From: Sphyrna mokarran
Lineage: Eukaryota
Reading direction: 5' to 3'
Assembly (NCBI GenBank): GCA_024679065.1
Contig: JAGIQG010000040.1
Span: 6,944,001-7,008,000, forward strand
DNA: 64,000 nucleotides
Below, piece by piece: positions 1 through 13,100 of this stretch (position 1 is its first letter; the number at the start of each line of letters is the position of its first letter). Made by a program: the position numbers and the translations under genes. The notes beneath the pieces were generated by a model. It saw only the letters and a list, made by a program, of their open reading frames with translations, did no database searches and had not been told where the DNA came from.

Positions 1-1639
1 ACCTAGCAATATTGTTTGGAATGTGTAGTCATGTGGCAGGATGAGTTCATTGTAGAGACGTTTGAAGTGTCAGTTTTTAGTAGGAAGAATGAGGGACAAC
101 CAAAACAATTAAGCTTACTGCTCTGAATAGAATGCAGGCTCAGAGGGACCTGAACACAGACCTACAGAAACTAATGTATGAAATAGGGTAAGATGATTAA
201 GCGGGTAACTGGAAATTTCATCAATGTTTGGTACACAATTTCGTAAGGATGAGAAGCTACAATGTAAACATGAAGAAACAGTTTATTGGAATGAATCTCC
301 GAGTCAGGTACTTCAGCTGCACCCATCATTTCGTTCCTTTATATCTCGCCTGAATATTCTGAATTCCTGAATATCTCGCCTTCTGAAAACTAATTCAATT
401 AATGGTTTTGGAAAAAAAAGTTGGTCATCGGATAAGGGCATGTCTGGGTGTGCAAGCTTTGATTAATTAATTGCTGCCATTAAGGAGGTAGTGATGAGTT
501 ACCTTATAGAACGGTTGCATTCCGCCTGGATTTGGAACACATCGGGCAGGGTTTTCCCTTCCCACTGACTGGTCGAGTAGCATGGCATTGCGAGAAAAGA
601 GTGAGATTAGAAAGGGAGTTCCAGGATTTGAACCAGCAACGGCAACGAAACAAGGATAAGGGACTAAGTGGTGATCGTTGTCTCTGTGGTAGAAACACAC
701 TGAGATGTGCAATGGAGTTAACACTTTTTATTTAACAATCCTAAAAGCCTAAGCATAAGTGATCGTCACCTTCAATTTTTGATGCACCAAACTTCAAACA
801 AGAGAAATATCAAATACTTGTTTGTCCTCCCAAGAGATTTCTTTATCTTTGCCTTTCAATGCAAATATCCTTCATTTTCAAACATTCAGAAAGCTTAGGC
901 TCCATTTATCCTCGTAGCGCATTCATCACATCAGAAAAATCTCCCTTGCGATCCTTTGTTTCAAGATAGGACAGTACAAATTTTCTGAGAAACGGAAACC
1001 AGAACGTTGCAGAGTAATACAACTGCGGTCAGGTCCAGCAAAGTAAACTTCGAAATAATCCAACTGATTTAACTGGCAGCAATTTGTCAATTGGTTGAGC
1101 TGCAGATTTCCACCTGGATTTGGAAAGGAGTCACGCTTTTGAAAGCCGCGAGCCAATGAATTGGTCACCAGCATGAAAAAAAACGCCAACTCTCTGAAGT
1201 TGTTCCAACCTTTCCATTCTCCTCTGTGCATCGTCAATTTTAATCGCTACATTATTGGGCTTTCAATTATCAGAGTTTAATCTCTGTAATTTTTTTCCAA
1301 TAGCTCTCCAGATCTCTACTCCCTTTCCCTGCTTCAAGGTGATATGTAGTAATTATTAACAGTGATGTGGGAAATAAAGTCTGATTGCTACGATTACTGC
1401 AATTACTCTGAGCTACACAGATGAAGGGGTTTCATTATATTTTCCCATTACAGTGTGCAAATGTATTATGTATTTTGCTGGAGGTAGTGTCACTGTGTCT
1501 GAAAACATCTAGCCGTCTCCAGCTTTTATACCTCGTATGTCCCTGCAGCTTGTCCGTCCAGGAAAATATTATAGAATATTCTTACCACATGCACCGGAAG
1601 ACCACAAAAAGACACACGAAATGATCGGCCCCATGGGAA

Positions 1640-2380
1640 AGTGCAAGGCTCTCCTTTTTGGAAGGAGAAATGGAGTCATAGACTATTTTCTAAATGGGGA
1701 AATACTTAGGAAACCAGAAATACAAAGAGACGTTGGAATGCTTGCTCCAAATTCTCGTAAGTTTAACGTTGAAGATTTCAGTTGGTAGTTTGGAAAGCAA
1801 ATGTAATGTTAGCATTCATGTCGAGAGGGCTCGAGCATAACAGCAGGCATGCACTGAGGCTGGATGAGGCTCTTGTCAGACCCCATTTGGGAAAGTATAA
1901 GCAGTTTTGAGCCCCGGTCCAGAGGATGTTCACGAAAATGTTCCCAGAACGAAGAGCTTAACATGGATTTGAGTCTGTATTAATTAGAGTTTTGAAGGAT
2001 GAGGGGGAAATCTCATTGAAACTTACATGATACTGTGAGGACGGAATAGAGTGAATGTGGAGATGATGTTTCCACTAGTAGGAAAAACTAGAGTCAGGGA
2101 CTCAACTTCAAATTAAAGGGATGATCCTTAAAACAGACATGAGGAGATGTTCCTTCAGCCAGAGAGTGATGAATCTGTGGGACGCTTTGCTGCAGAAGCC
2201 GTTGAATATCTTTAAGACAGAGATAAATAGATTCTTGGTTTATAAAAGGATCGGGGATTATGAGGAAAAGGCAGGAGAATGGGAATGATAAAAATATCAG
2301 CCATGATTGAATGGCGGAGCAGGCTCAATGGCATAGTCTAAGCCAAGTAGCCTAATTCTGCTCCTATGTGGTATGGTCTT
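1640..2380 (+). mobile_element. Decayed CR1-clade LINE 3' fragment
   Basis: Degenerate RT C-terminal coding sequence and 3' UTR similar to the copy at 23390-24668. Confidence 0.75.
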
Positions 2381-2389
2381 ATGAGAAGC

Positions 2390-3191
2390 CCACTTCAAAC
2401 AACCGCACAACCTCAAACAGACAATTGTCCACAGCAAGCTATTATCCAGAACTTCAGAAGAACAGTGACTACTGCACTACACAACACTGCCACAACAACC
2501 TCTGCAAGATGTACCTGATCATTGACACGGATGCCATCATCTCACGTGAGAACACCATCCATCAGGTCCAACGGACATACTCTTGCAAATTGGCCAATAT
2601 TGTGCACCTGATACGCTGCAGAAAAGAATGTCCCCAGGCATGGTACACTGGGAAGACCATGCAGATGCTACGACAATGGATGAATGAACATTGCTCAGCA
2701 ATCACCAGGCAAGAGTGTTCTCTTTCTGTTAGGAAACACTTCAGTGGTCACTTCATGCGGCCTCTGATCTTTGGCGAAGCATTCTCCAAAGCGGCCTTCA
2801 CGACACACGACAGTGCATTATCGCTGAGCAGAAACTGATAGCCAAATTCCGCACACATGAGGACGGCCTCAACCGGAATCTTGGGTTCGTGTCACATTAT
2901 CTGTAACTTCCAGGACTTCCCTGGGCTTGCAAAATCTCACTGTCCTGGCTGGAGACAATACACATCTCTTTAACCTATGCTTAATGCTATCTCCACTCAC
3001 ATTGTCTGTACTTTTAAGACTTTATTCGCATTCCAATCATTATTTTGTAAATTAGTTTGTGTCTTTATATGTCCTGTTTGTGAACAGAACTCCCACTTAC
3101 CTGACCAAGGAACAGCGCTCTGAAAGTTAGTGGCCTTTGCTACCAAATAAACCTATTCGACTTTAACCTCTGGCGTTGTGAGATTTGTTAT
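2390..3191 (+). mobile_element. Penelope-like element 3' part (GIY-YIG endonuclease remnant + terminal repeat)
   Basis: ORF 2368-2838 has C..C, 'YSC...NIVHLIRC..C...WYTGKT...LRQWMNEH', the PLE GIY-YIG pattern; the 3' part matches the arms at 25631-26546. Confidence 0.8.
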
Positions 3192-3304
3192 TATCGACTT
3201 ACATCCAGCTAAATTAATAAAGTATGTTAATGCATGCCACTGTCTCTGTCCTATCAGATATTCTGTCATGTGACTGTTTCTCCATTACTGTCTACATTTC
3301 CTGC

Positions 3305-3628
3305 TGCCTCGATAAAGCAGCCAGCATAATTAAGAACTTAGCGCACCCCTGACATTCTCTCTTCTACCTTCTCCCGTCGGGGAAAAAAGGTACAAAACTC
3401 TGAGGTCGCACACCTACCGGCTCAAGAAAAGCTTCTTTCCAGCTGCATGGACCTACCTTGCGTTAAGTTGATCTTTCTCTTCACCTTAACTATGACTGTA
3501 ACATGACATTTTGCATACACTCTCATTTCCTTCTCTATGAGCCGTATGTTCTGTCTGTATTGCAATGCAAAAATACTCTTCACTATATGCTAATACATGC
3601 GGCAATAATAAATCAAATTAAATCAAAT
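3305..3628 (+). mobile_element. Rex1/Babar-like LINE 3' end
   Basis: Degenerate HP.HSLF.LLPSG..Y..L...T.RLK.SFFP coding motif followed by AATAAA and a (AATCA)n-like tail. Confidence 0.65.
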
Positions 3629-4687
3629 GAAGATCTGACTTTCAACAGTTCCAGACTCCAAGTAACATTTGTCCAAAAATATCATCTTTTTCCTGCTTTG
3701 TGTAATATCTCTCCTTTACTTCAAACACAAATTTGATTTCTAAACTTTCTGTGAAACTCCTCTATAAAGTTCGCTATATTAATGGAAATCTGGTCACTTT
3801 AGTCATAGGTGCTGCATGAATGAAGCGCTTTTATTTTTCGCACAAAATTTAATGATGTAAATAATTAATCAAGTGTTGCTCTTGAATCCTTTCCCATTTG
3901 TAGATCATTAGTAAGTTCGGGAAAATACTGAGAATATTGTGATTAATAAATAAAGTTTTAATTCAGTAGAGATTTTCGCAAAAAAACGAACACACAAGTT
4001 TTGTGGCATCGAAGTAGGATGTGAATTCTAATCTGTTGATGCGGCATTCCGTTGCTTCACTGTAGTTTATTCTTATATCATCCTTCCTATTTCTAACAGT
4101 GCAACCTTCTATCCCCTTTTGCTTAGTTTCACTGTTTGGATTCCATTGAAACATCGATATAAAGTTCAATTCAAACTTGGAATAGAGAATGTTATAGAAT
4201 GTTATGTTGCCTTCTCACAACTCTTTGATTGAATACGTTTCATTCGAAGTCCAAGTTCGACTTCTTGCTGACCCTTTTTGTACCTGTGGCCTCGAATTAT
4301 GTCCTTTCTTACAAAGAAAACATCTCCTCCATACAGCCTCTGAAACATTCCTTTTTCCAATACCCGGTATTACCTCACCATTATGGAGACAGAAGTGAAG
4401 CAGGTTGTTAGCAGCAAGCTGGATTGTAAATTGAAGCATTTCAATATCATCCTTGAACATATTTTCTGCACTATCTGCTATCCCTGTGTTTGAATTTATT
4501 TTATAATGTGTCCTACAGAACTACATCCGGTATTTAACGGTGGACTGAACAATTTGATTTACAGACTTATTATAATTTGCTGACTTTTCATTAATATACC
4601 TCAAATTGAAACATTAATTGCTTTACTGTCTTAATATCCTGTGGCACAGCGATATGAAAGTGATTATTTCTGTTTCCCAGACACTTT

Positions 4688-5315
4688 GGCAAGAATTCTC
4701 CAGCCGCATTCACGCTGGCGGGTTTTTCCTGCCCCGCTGACAGCGCATCCCTAGAACATAGAACATAGAACATTACAGCACAGAACAGGCCCTTCGGCCT
4801 TCGATGTTGCGCCGACCAATATAAAAAGCAATGCCCCTCCAAACTAAACCATTCCCTTCTCTTCCATATACTTATCAACTAACCTCTTAAACGCCACCAA
4901 ACTTGGCGCATCTACAACTGCTGCAGGCAGGGCATTCCACTCCCGAACCACCCTTTGGGTAAAGAACCTACCTCTGATATCCGTCCTATAACTATCACCC
5001 CTTAATTTAAAGCTGTGTCCCCTCGTGCTAGCTTTCTCCATCCTAGGAAAAAGGCTATCACTGTCCACCCTATCTAAACCTCTAATCATCTCATATGTTT
5101 CGATAAGGTCCCCTCTTCGCCGCCTCCTTTCTAACGAAAACAACCTCAAATCCCTCAGCCTCTCTTCATAAGACCTGCCCTGAGGTTTCCCGCCGGTTTG
5201 GAGTGATTGAGAATTCCCATTCATAGTCACGATCTGGCAATCACACCGTTAGCAAACAACTCATTACTTCCCGCCAGTGGGAAACACGTCCTTCGGATGC
5301 CCGAGAATCTGGGCC
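4688..5315. mobile_element. MITE-like element with imperfect terminal inverted repeats, interrupted by a CR1
   Basis: GGCAAGAATTCTC ... GAGAATCTGGGCC ends; related sequence in reverse orientation at ~37150-37364. Confidence 0.4.
4752..5181 (-). mobile_element. Young 5'-truncated CR1 LINE (subfamily B)
   Basis: RT C-terminus (YEERL..L.LFSLE.RR.RGDLIE...FFTQRVV..WN.LP) and (GTTCTAT)n tail. Confidence 0.93.
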
Positions 5316-6603
5316 TCCATTTTTCCACCATGTGACAATGTGCAAACTTGAACTAACAGGTAGTTTCCATTTCCTATTAAAATGCAATTTATTATTTTCT
5401 GGAAACCAGAAAAAAAGTGGCAACATTTCAGCACGTACATCTGCGCGATTAGATTAGGGTGAATATTTTAGCTTCAGTTAAGGAGCAGCGAGGGAATTGA
5501 GGATGGACATCTGACAAGCAATTTTTTTTTTTGACTGAGATCGCATAATGTAGGCATTAGCTTTTCTGTATAGTTTAACGCTATGGCACATGAACGGTTA
5601 ATATGGTAGTATGTGCAGCAGCATCTAAAAAAATGATGTGAAGGGAGACATGCTCTCAGAGGTCAGTTCTCGGTTGACCGAACCAGTAATGGAAGCAAGA
5701 ATGGAGACAACTCACAGCTTACGCCTTCGCATCATAAATGCGTAGAACGTCTAGGTTTTTTTTAAACAAGTTCTAACTGTTGAGCTAAATAGGGCAAGGG
5801 ATATCTTAGTAAGACTTAGTGAGAACTGCCAAAACATCTGAGAGCACCGTGCTGAGTAAATGCCAACACCTTTTGGGCTAAGTAACGAATATCTTGACAT
5901 CCTCTGAAATATATTAATTGAAATAACATTCAATTAGCTTTTTATTTCATTCATGTTGTACCTTTGAAAACAATTGTACAAATATGTTGGGGAAACTTTA
6001 AACTGATTTGGCAAGAGGATTGAAACTGATGTAGGAAGTCAGACGGCAGTAAAGTGGAAACAGGAACACCAGGCAGTAAGGGGAAAGTGGAAGGCAGAGA
6101 AACCAAAGACAAAAATGACAAAGGGCCACATTATATCCGGATTTCGAGAGGGCATTAAATGCATCAATGAAAAAGGACCTGGAGACTCTTTGCCTTAATG
6201 TGAGGAACACTTGTAATCAGATGGATGAATTAACTGTATAGGCAGTCATTAACGGATATGATGGTAGAGCAATGACAGGCCTGGCTCCAGCTTGAAGAAT
6301 GATGGGAACTCAATATCCAAGTGTATTCAATATTGAAGAAAGATTGATGGAAAGGAAGAGGGCGAGGTAGCGCTACTGGTTAAACAGGAGCTTAACGCAA
6401 TAGTCAGGAAGGGCATTTACTCGGACAATGTTAAATCTGATGGGTGGACACATGGAACACCACAGGACAAAAAACGTTAGTGGGAGTTGTAAACAGGCCA
6501 TCAAACAGTAGTAGTGAGGTTTAGGATGGCCTCAAATAGAAAGTTAGAGATGCGTGCAGAAATGGTACAGCAGTTGTTGTTGTGTGACTTCAGCCTGCAT
6601 ATT

Positions 6604-6931
6604 CATAGAATCATAGAAACCCCACAGTACAGAAACAGGCCATTCAGCCCATCGAGTCTGCACTGACCACAATCCTACCAGGCCCCACCCCAATATCCCT
6701 ACATATTTACCCACGAATCCCTTTAACCTATGCATTCCAGGACACTAAGGGCAATTTGTATGGCATGGCCAATCAACCTAATACACACATCTTTGGACTG
6801 TGGGAGGAAACTGGAGCACACTCACGCAGACACGCGGAGAATGTGCAACCTCGACACAGAGAGTGACCCAAGCCGGGAATCAAACCCAGTTCCCTGGAGC
6901 TGTGAAACAGTAGTGCTAACCACTGTGCTAC
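6604..6931 (-). mobile_element. HE1/V-SINE-like tRNA-derived SINE
   Basis: A/B-box-like head, conserved core (..TCCCACAGTCCAAAGATGTG..), CR1-type tail TTCTATGATTCTATG. Confidence 0.85.
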
Positions 6932-7194
6932 AATGAGGCCCAATATTGATGGGCTCAGTAGACTTGTCGCAATGCGATGGAGGAGGATTTCCTCGAAAGT
7001 ATAAGAATGGTTTTCTCGAACAATATGTCGAAGAATCATCTAGAGAGCAGGCCATCGGAGGCTGGGTATTGTGTAACGAGTGATAGTTAAATAACAACTT
7101 TGTGGTGAGAGATCTTTGGGGAAGAGTGATCACAATATGGCAGAATGCTTCATTAAAATGGGAACGGAACTGTTAACCCTGAGACTGGGGTCCT

Positions 7195-7378
7195 GAACAT
7201 AGAACATAGAACACTACAGCGCAAACAGGCCCTTCGGCCCACGAGTTGCGCTGATCACATCTATACCTACCAATCCACAGACCTATTTATAACCCCCTAT
7301 AGAACATAAAACACTACAGCACAAACAGGCCCTTCAGCCCACGAGTTGCGCTGATCACATCCACAGACCTATCTATAA
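7195..7378 (-). repeat. Two tandem CR1 3'-tail fragments
   Basis: AGAACATA..ACACTACAGC.CAAACAGGCCCTTC.GCCCACGAGTTGCGCTGATCACATC present twice, ~100 bp apart. Confidence 0.8.
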
Positions 7379-7435
7379 AGTTGAAGTTAAGAAAAGCTAA
7401 CATTTATGAATTGAGATGTGCATTGGCTATTATAA

Positions 7436-7760
7436 ATCATAGAAACCCTATAGTGCAGAAAGAAGCGATCTGGCCCATCGAGTCTGCACCGACCACAATT
7501 CCAGTAGGCCCTACTCCCATATTCCTACACATTTACTCGCTAATTCCTCTAACTCACATATCTCAAAACACTAAAGGGCAACTTTAGCATAGCCAACCAA
7601 CCTAACCTGCACATCTTTGGACTGTGGGAGGAAATCGGAGCACCCAGAGGAAACCCACGCAGATATAAGGAGAATGTGTAAACTCCACACAGACAGTGAC
7701 CCAAGTTGGTGATCAAACTCAGGTCACAGGAGCTGTGAAGCACTATGCTACCATGCCGGC
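7436..7760 (-). mobile_element. HE1/V-SINE-like SINE
   Basis: Same core and tail as the other copies. Confidence 0.85.
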
Positions 7761-9673
7761 TAGAATAAGCTTGCAAAGGGTACTGAAGTGATTAATAGTG
7801 GACTGGGAATAATAGAGATTTTAATGACACATGAATGACCTTCAACCATTGTACATCCCTCTCTGGCGTATGAGGAAAACGGGGAAGATGGTTCAACCGT
7901 GGATAACAAGGGAAACCAGGCATAGCTTTAAAGTGAAAAAAGAGGCATAATAATTGGCCAGCCAAAACAGCAAATCGAGCACTGGGAGAACTTGAACATT
8001 CAGCAGAATAGGACAAGAGGTTTAATTCAGAAAGGGAAAGTACAAAAGGAGAGCATGCTTGTGGAAAACACAAAAACTGACTGCAATTGTTTCTATAGAT
8101 ATGGGAAGGGAAAAAAACAGGCTGTTGGAGACAAAGGATGGTTCCTGCGTTAGAATCAAGTGAATTCACAATGGGCAACAGAGAGATGACAGAATATGTG
8201 AATAAATACTCTGAAGGTGTATTATCTGAAGAGAACACGAAAGAACCTTCTATAGATACGAAGGGGTATGGAGTTTAGCATAAAGGAGGAGCTGAAGGAA
8301 ATTGATATCAGTCGGGGAATTCTATTTCGGAATTTCCTGGAATTAAAACCCGAAAGATTCCAGGGCCTCATGTTCTGAATTTCAGAGAATTATTGACGTG
8401 GTGTTAGAAATAGTGAATGCCCTTGTGATCATTTTCCAGCATTCTATAGTTTCTGGAAAGAGTTCAAATGGCTTGAAGGGTAGTTAAAGCAGCCTCACTT
8501 TTTCAAAGAGTTGGGAGAGAGAAAACGGAGAATTATGGTTTAGCCTGACATTAGCAGCGGGGAAAATTCTGGCATCAGTTATTAAGAATGCAACAACTGA
8601 GGATTTGGAAAGCAGTGATAGGTTGTCTCCAAGTCGGCGTGGATTCATTAAAGGAAAATGGTGCTTGACAAATATTGTGTGTGTTTTTTTTTAAGGATGT
8701 GACTTGCAGAGTGTACAAGGATGAACCAACGGATGTTATGTATTGGGATTTCCAAAAGACATTGACAAGGTCCCAAACAATAGATTAGTGAGCAAAACCA
8801 AATCTCATGGTATTGGGGGTAATGTGGGCAGACAACTGGTTGCTCGACACAAAACAGAGAGTGGGAGTAAACAGCTGTTTTTCAGAATGGCAGGTATTGA
8901 CTCACGCACCACGTGGTTCAGTGCTGGGACCTCAATTATTTACAGCATACACTAATGATTTGGACAAAGAAATTCAATGCAATATCTCCAAATTTGCAGA
9001 ATTCATCAAGCTTGGTGATTATTTGTGTGCTATGAGGAGAATAGTAAGATGCTGCAGGGTGATTTGGGCAGGCTGACTTAGTGGATAAATGCTATATAAT
9101 ATGGATGACTGTGAGGTTATTCACTCTGGTGGCAAAAATTTGAAGGAAGATTATTATCGGAATGGTGAGAGTTTAGGGGGAAAAAGAAGTGCAATGCAAC
9201 CTAGGTTTCATGGTAGAACAGTCGCTGAAGGTTTGCATGCAGGCACAACAGGCAGTGAGGAAAGCTAATGGCATGCTGGCTTTCATAACAAGAGAATTTG
9301 AGTAGAGGAGTAGGGATGACTTGCTGCAGTTATACAGAGCCTTGGGTAGGCCACATTTTGAGTATTGTGTGCAGTTTCGATCTCCTAGTCTGAGGAAAGA
9401 CATGCTTGCTATTAAGGGAGTCCAGCAAAGGTTCACCAGACCGACTCCTCAAATGGCAGGACTGTCATATGAAGAAAGTCTGGATCAACTGGACTTCTAC
9501 TGACGGGAATTTAGACAAATGAGAAGGGATCTAAAAGAAACACATCAAATCAAATGGGACTAGAACAGGAGAGATGTGGGAAGAATGTTCCCATGTTGGG
9601 AAGTCCAGAACTCGGGAACAAAGCCTAAGGAAAAAGATATGACATTCAGGACTGAGATGGGGAAGAATATCTT

Positions 9674-10530
9674 TCATAGAGTCATAGAGTTTTGCAGCAT
9701 GGAAACAGGCCATTTGACCCAACTTGTCCATACCTCCATTTTTTAAACCCCAAAACTAATCCCAATTGTGCGTATTGGGCCCGTATCCCCCTATACCCAT
9801 CTTACCCATGTAATGATCGAAATGCTTTTTAAAAGACAAAGTTGTACCCGCCTCTACTATTACCTCTGACAGCTTGTTCCAGACACTCATCACCCTGTGT
9901 GTGAAAAAAATTGCCCCTCTGGACGCTTTTCACCTTAAACGCATGCCCTCTAGTTGTAGGCTCCCCTATCTTTGGAAAAAGATGCTGACCATCTAATTGA
10001 TCTATGCTCCTCAATGTTTTATAGACGTCTATAAGATCACCCCTCTGCCTTCTATGCCCCAGAGAAAAAAAAACTCCCAGTCTATCCAGCCTCTCCTTAT
10101 AACTCAAACCATCAAAAATCGGTAGCATCCCAATAAATCTTCCTGCACTTTTTCTAGTCTAATAATATTTTTTTCTCTAAAGGGTGGCCAGGACTGTACA
10201 TAGTACTCAAAGTATGGCCTTACCAACGTCTTGTACAACTTCAACAAAAGTCCCAACTCCTGTGTTCAATGTTCTGACCAATGAAACCAAACATTCGAAT
10301 GTCTTCTTCATCACTCTGTCCACTTGTGACTCCACTTTCAAGAAGTTATGAACGTGTCCCCTAATTCCCTTTATTCTGTAACTCTACCCAATGCTCGACC
10401 ATTAACTGAGTAAGTCCTGCCTTTGTTCAATCTACCAAAATACATCACCTCGCATTTAACAAAATTAAATTCTATCTGCCATTCGTCAGCCCACTGTATC
10501 AATTGATCAAGATCCCATTGCAATCGGAGA
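9674..10530 (-). mobile_element. CR1 LINE 3' fragment nested in an older CR1
   Basis: ORF 9829-10128 RT C-terminus; CTATGACTCTATG tail. Confidence 0.85.
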
Positions 10531-11556
10531 TTATTGGAGATAATCTTTATTCATAGTTATGAATTATCTAACACAGAACGCTGTTGGGATCAGTTCGTTA
10601 GAAATACTCAAGATGGACTGGAGTTGACCTTTCTGGCTGAACTGATCAAGGGATATGGAGGGAAAGTGGGAGTCGGCCACGGAAAGTGGATGATCAGCCA
10701 AGATTATATTGAAAGTTGGTGCAGAATCGAAGAACCGAATGGCCTACTCCTGCAATTATTTTCTGTGCTTTTTAGGCTGATTGGTGTCAATAGATTGTGT
10801 CTGAATTGGATCTCCCTTAATCTAACTCCCTCAATATTCACCCCCTTTATTGTGGAGTTCCACTAGAGGTAGACAAAAACGTCGATGATCGATGGAAGAC
10901 TTGAATAAGGCACTCACTGAGTGTTAAAATGGGCAGCGCAGGCTTGTAGGGCCGAAGGACCTGTTTCCTGTGCTGTGCTGTTCGTTGTTCTATGTGTAGT
11001 TCGAAACAGACTTCCTCTTCTGCCGTTCATAATCCTTCAGCATTTTGAGCATATATACATTTACTCTACTTGCAAGGAAAGCATGTGACTTAATCTCTCT
11101 CGAATTTATCTACATCTGCTATACTTTTGGATGCATATTTTTAAATCGTATATTTACCAATGAAAAGTTGTGATCCCACCTGTACCACTTATTGTGACAC
11201 GTGCTTATTTCCCCTTCGAACATTGATATGCAAATTTCGAATTTGTCATGCAAGTCATATAGTGGATATTTGAAACATCAGTACAAATTCCTGGCAAACT
11301 ACCATTTGTAAAGTTCAATAAATCTGAATCTATAACATTTATTCCAACTTCCTCTATCCTTCCTTATGCAGCTTATTTTCTGAGCTTAGTTGTGAAAAAT
11401 TATTGGAACGCCTGCCGATTCCCTTACAATAAACATCGTGGGACACACTAATCTCTATTCATTAGCATAATCCACAAAAAAAGAAAGAGATTAGTAACAT
11501 CTCGCATCAGCTGAACAGAGAAATCTGGACCCTCGACATTTGATGTATAATGAACG

Positions 11557-13100
11557 TAGAACACAGAACATAGAACATTACAGCGCAGCACAGGCCCTTC
11601 GACCCTCGATGTTGCGCCGACAAATGCAACCAATCTAATGGCCCTCTAACTTAAACTATTCCAATGCTATCCATATGCCTATCCACTGACCATTTGATCG
11701 CCCTTAAACTTGGCGAGTCCACAACTGCTGCAGGCAGGACATTCCACGCCCTTACTACCCTCTGATAAGGGAACCTACCTCTGACATCCGTCCTATATTT
11801 ATCACCCCTTAATATAAAGCGATGTCTCCTCGTGTTATCCATCTCCACCCGAGGAAAAAGGCTCTCACTATCCACCCTATTTAACCCTCTGATCATCTTA
11901 TATGTCTCAAGGTCACCTCTTAGCCTTCTTCTAATGAAAATAAAATCAAGTCCTTCAGCCTTTTCTCATAAGACCTTCCCACCATACCAGGCAACATCCT
12001 GGTAAACCTCCTCGTCACCCTTTCCAATGCCTTCACATCTTTTTTATATTGTGGCGACCAGAACTGTATGCAATATTCCAGTGCGGCCGCACAGAGTTTT
12101 GTACAGTTGCAATATGAAGTCTCGACTCCGAAATTCAATCCCTCTACCAATAAAAGCTAACATACTATACGCCTTCTTAACAACCTTATCAACTTGCGTA
12201 CCAACTTTCAGGGATCTATGCACATGTGCATCGAGATCTCTCTGCTCGTCAACACTACTGAGTCCTATATTCCGTACACATATTACTCTTACCAAAGTGA
12301 ATCACCTCACACTTTTCCACATTAAACTCCATTTGTTATCTCTCGGCCCAGCTCTGCAGCATATCCATGTCCCTCTGCAAACTGTAATATCCATCTTCAC
12401 TGTCTACGACTCCTCCGACTTTGGTGTCGTCAGCAAATTTACTAACCCGTCCCCCTACACACTCATCCAGGTCATTTATAAAAATGACAAACGGCAGTGG
12501 CCCCAAAACAAATCCCTGAGGTATATCCCTTGTAACTGAACTCCCATCAACCACCACCCTCTGTCTTCTATCAGCTAGCCAATTCCTAATCCAAATTGCT
12601 AAATCACCCTCAATCCCATGCATCTGCATTTTCTGCACTAGCTTTCATGGGGAACTTTATGAAACACTTTGCTAAAATCCATATACAAAACGTCAACTGC
12701 ATTACACTTATCCACCTCTTTGGTCACCTTTTCAAAAAACTCGGTAAGGTTTGTGAGGCATGACCTACCCTTCACAAAACCGTATTGAATATCCCTAATC
12801 AATTCATTTCTCTCTGGATGACTATAAATCCTATCCTTTATAATTCTTTCCAAAACTTTGTCCACAACAGAAGTAAAGCTCACTGGTCTATAATTCCCAG
12901 GATGGTCTTCACTCCCCTTCTTGAACAAGGGGACATTTGCTATCCTCCAGTCTTCCGGCACTATACCTGTATCCAACGATGATATGAGGTTCAAAGCCAA
13001 AGGCTCTGCAATCTCCTCTCTAGCCTCGCAGAGAATCTTGGGGTAAATCTCATCCGGCCCAAGGGACTTATCTGTTTTCATACTCTCAAGAATAGCTAAC
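11557..13100 (-). mobile_element. CR1 LINE (subfamily C), frameshifted RT
   Basis: ORFs 11651-13102 with GPD.IYP, NYRPVS, GFVKGRSCLTNL, DFSK.F.KVPH, PQG.VLGP, KFADDTK; ATGAA at both flanks. Confidence 0.92.

Larger units (their letters stand above)
5960..10770 (+). mobile_element. Old long CR1 LINE (endonuclease to RT), interrupted by SINEs, CR1 tails and an antiparallel CR1
   Basis: Degenerate APE (LCLN.R..., ~6190) and RT motifs (PRGSVLGPQLF, ISKFA, RPHFEYCVQF). Confidence 0.75.

Noticed and set aside
6850-6931. tRNA-like sequences (also in other SINE heads) and their CACAGTG/CACTGTG heptamers
   Set aside because: They are SINE heads with A/B boxes, not full tRNA cloverleafs, and lack RSS nonamers
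7195-7378. Repeated units resembling a CRISPR-like array
   Set aside because: Two CR1 3' tails in eukaryotic DNA; no repeat-spacer periodicity
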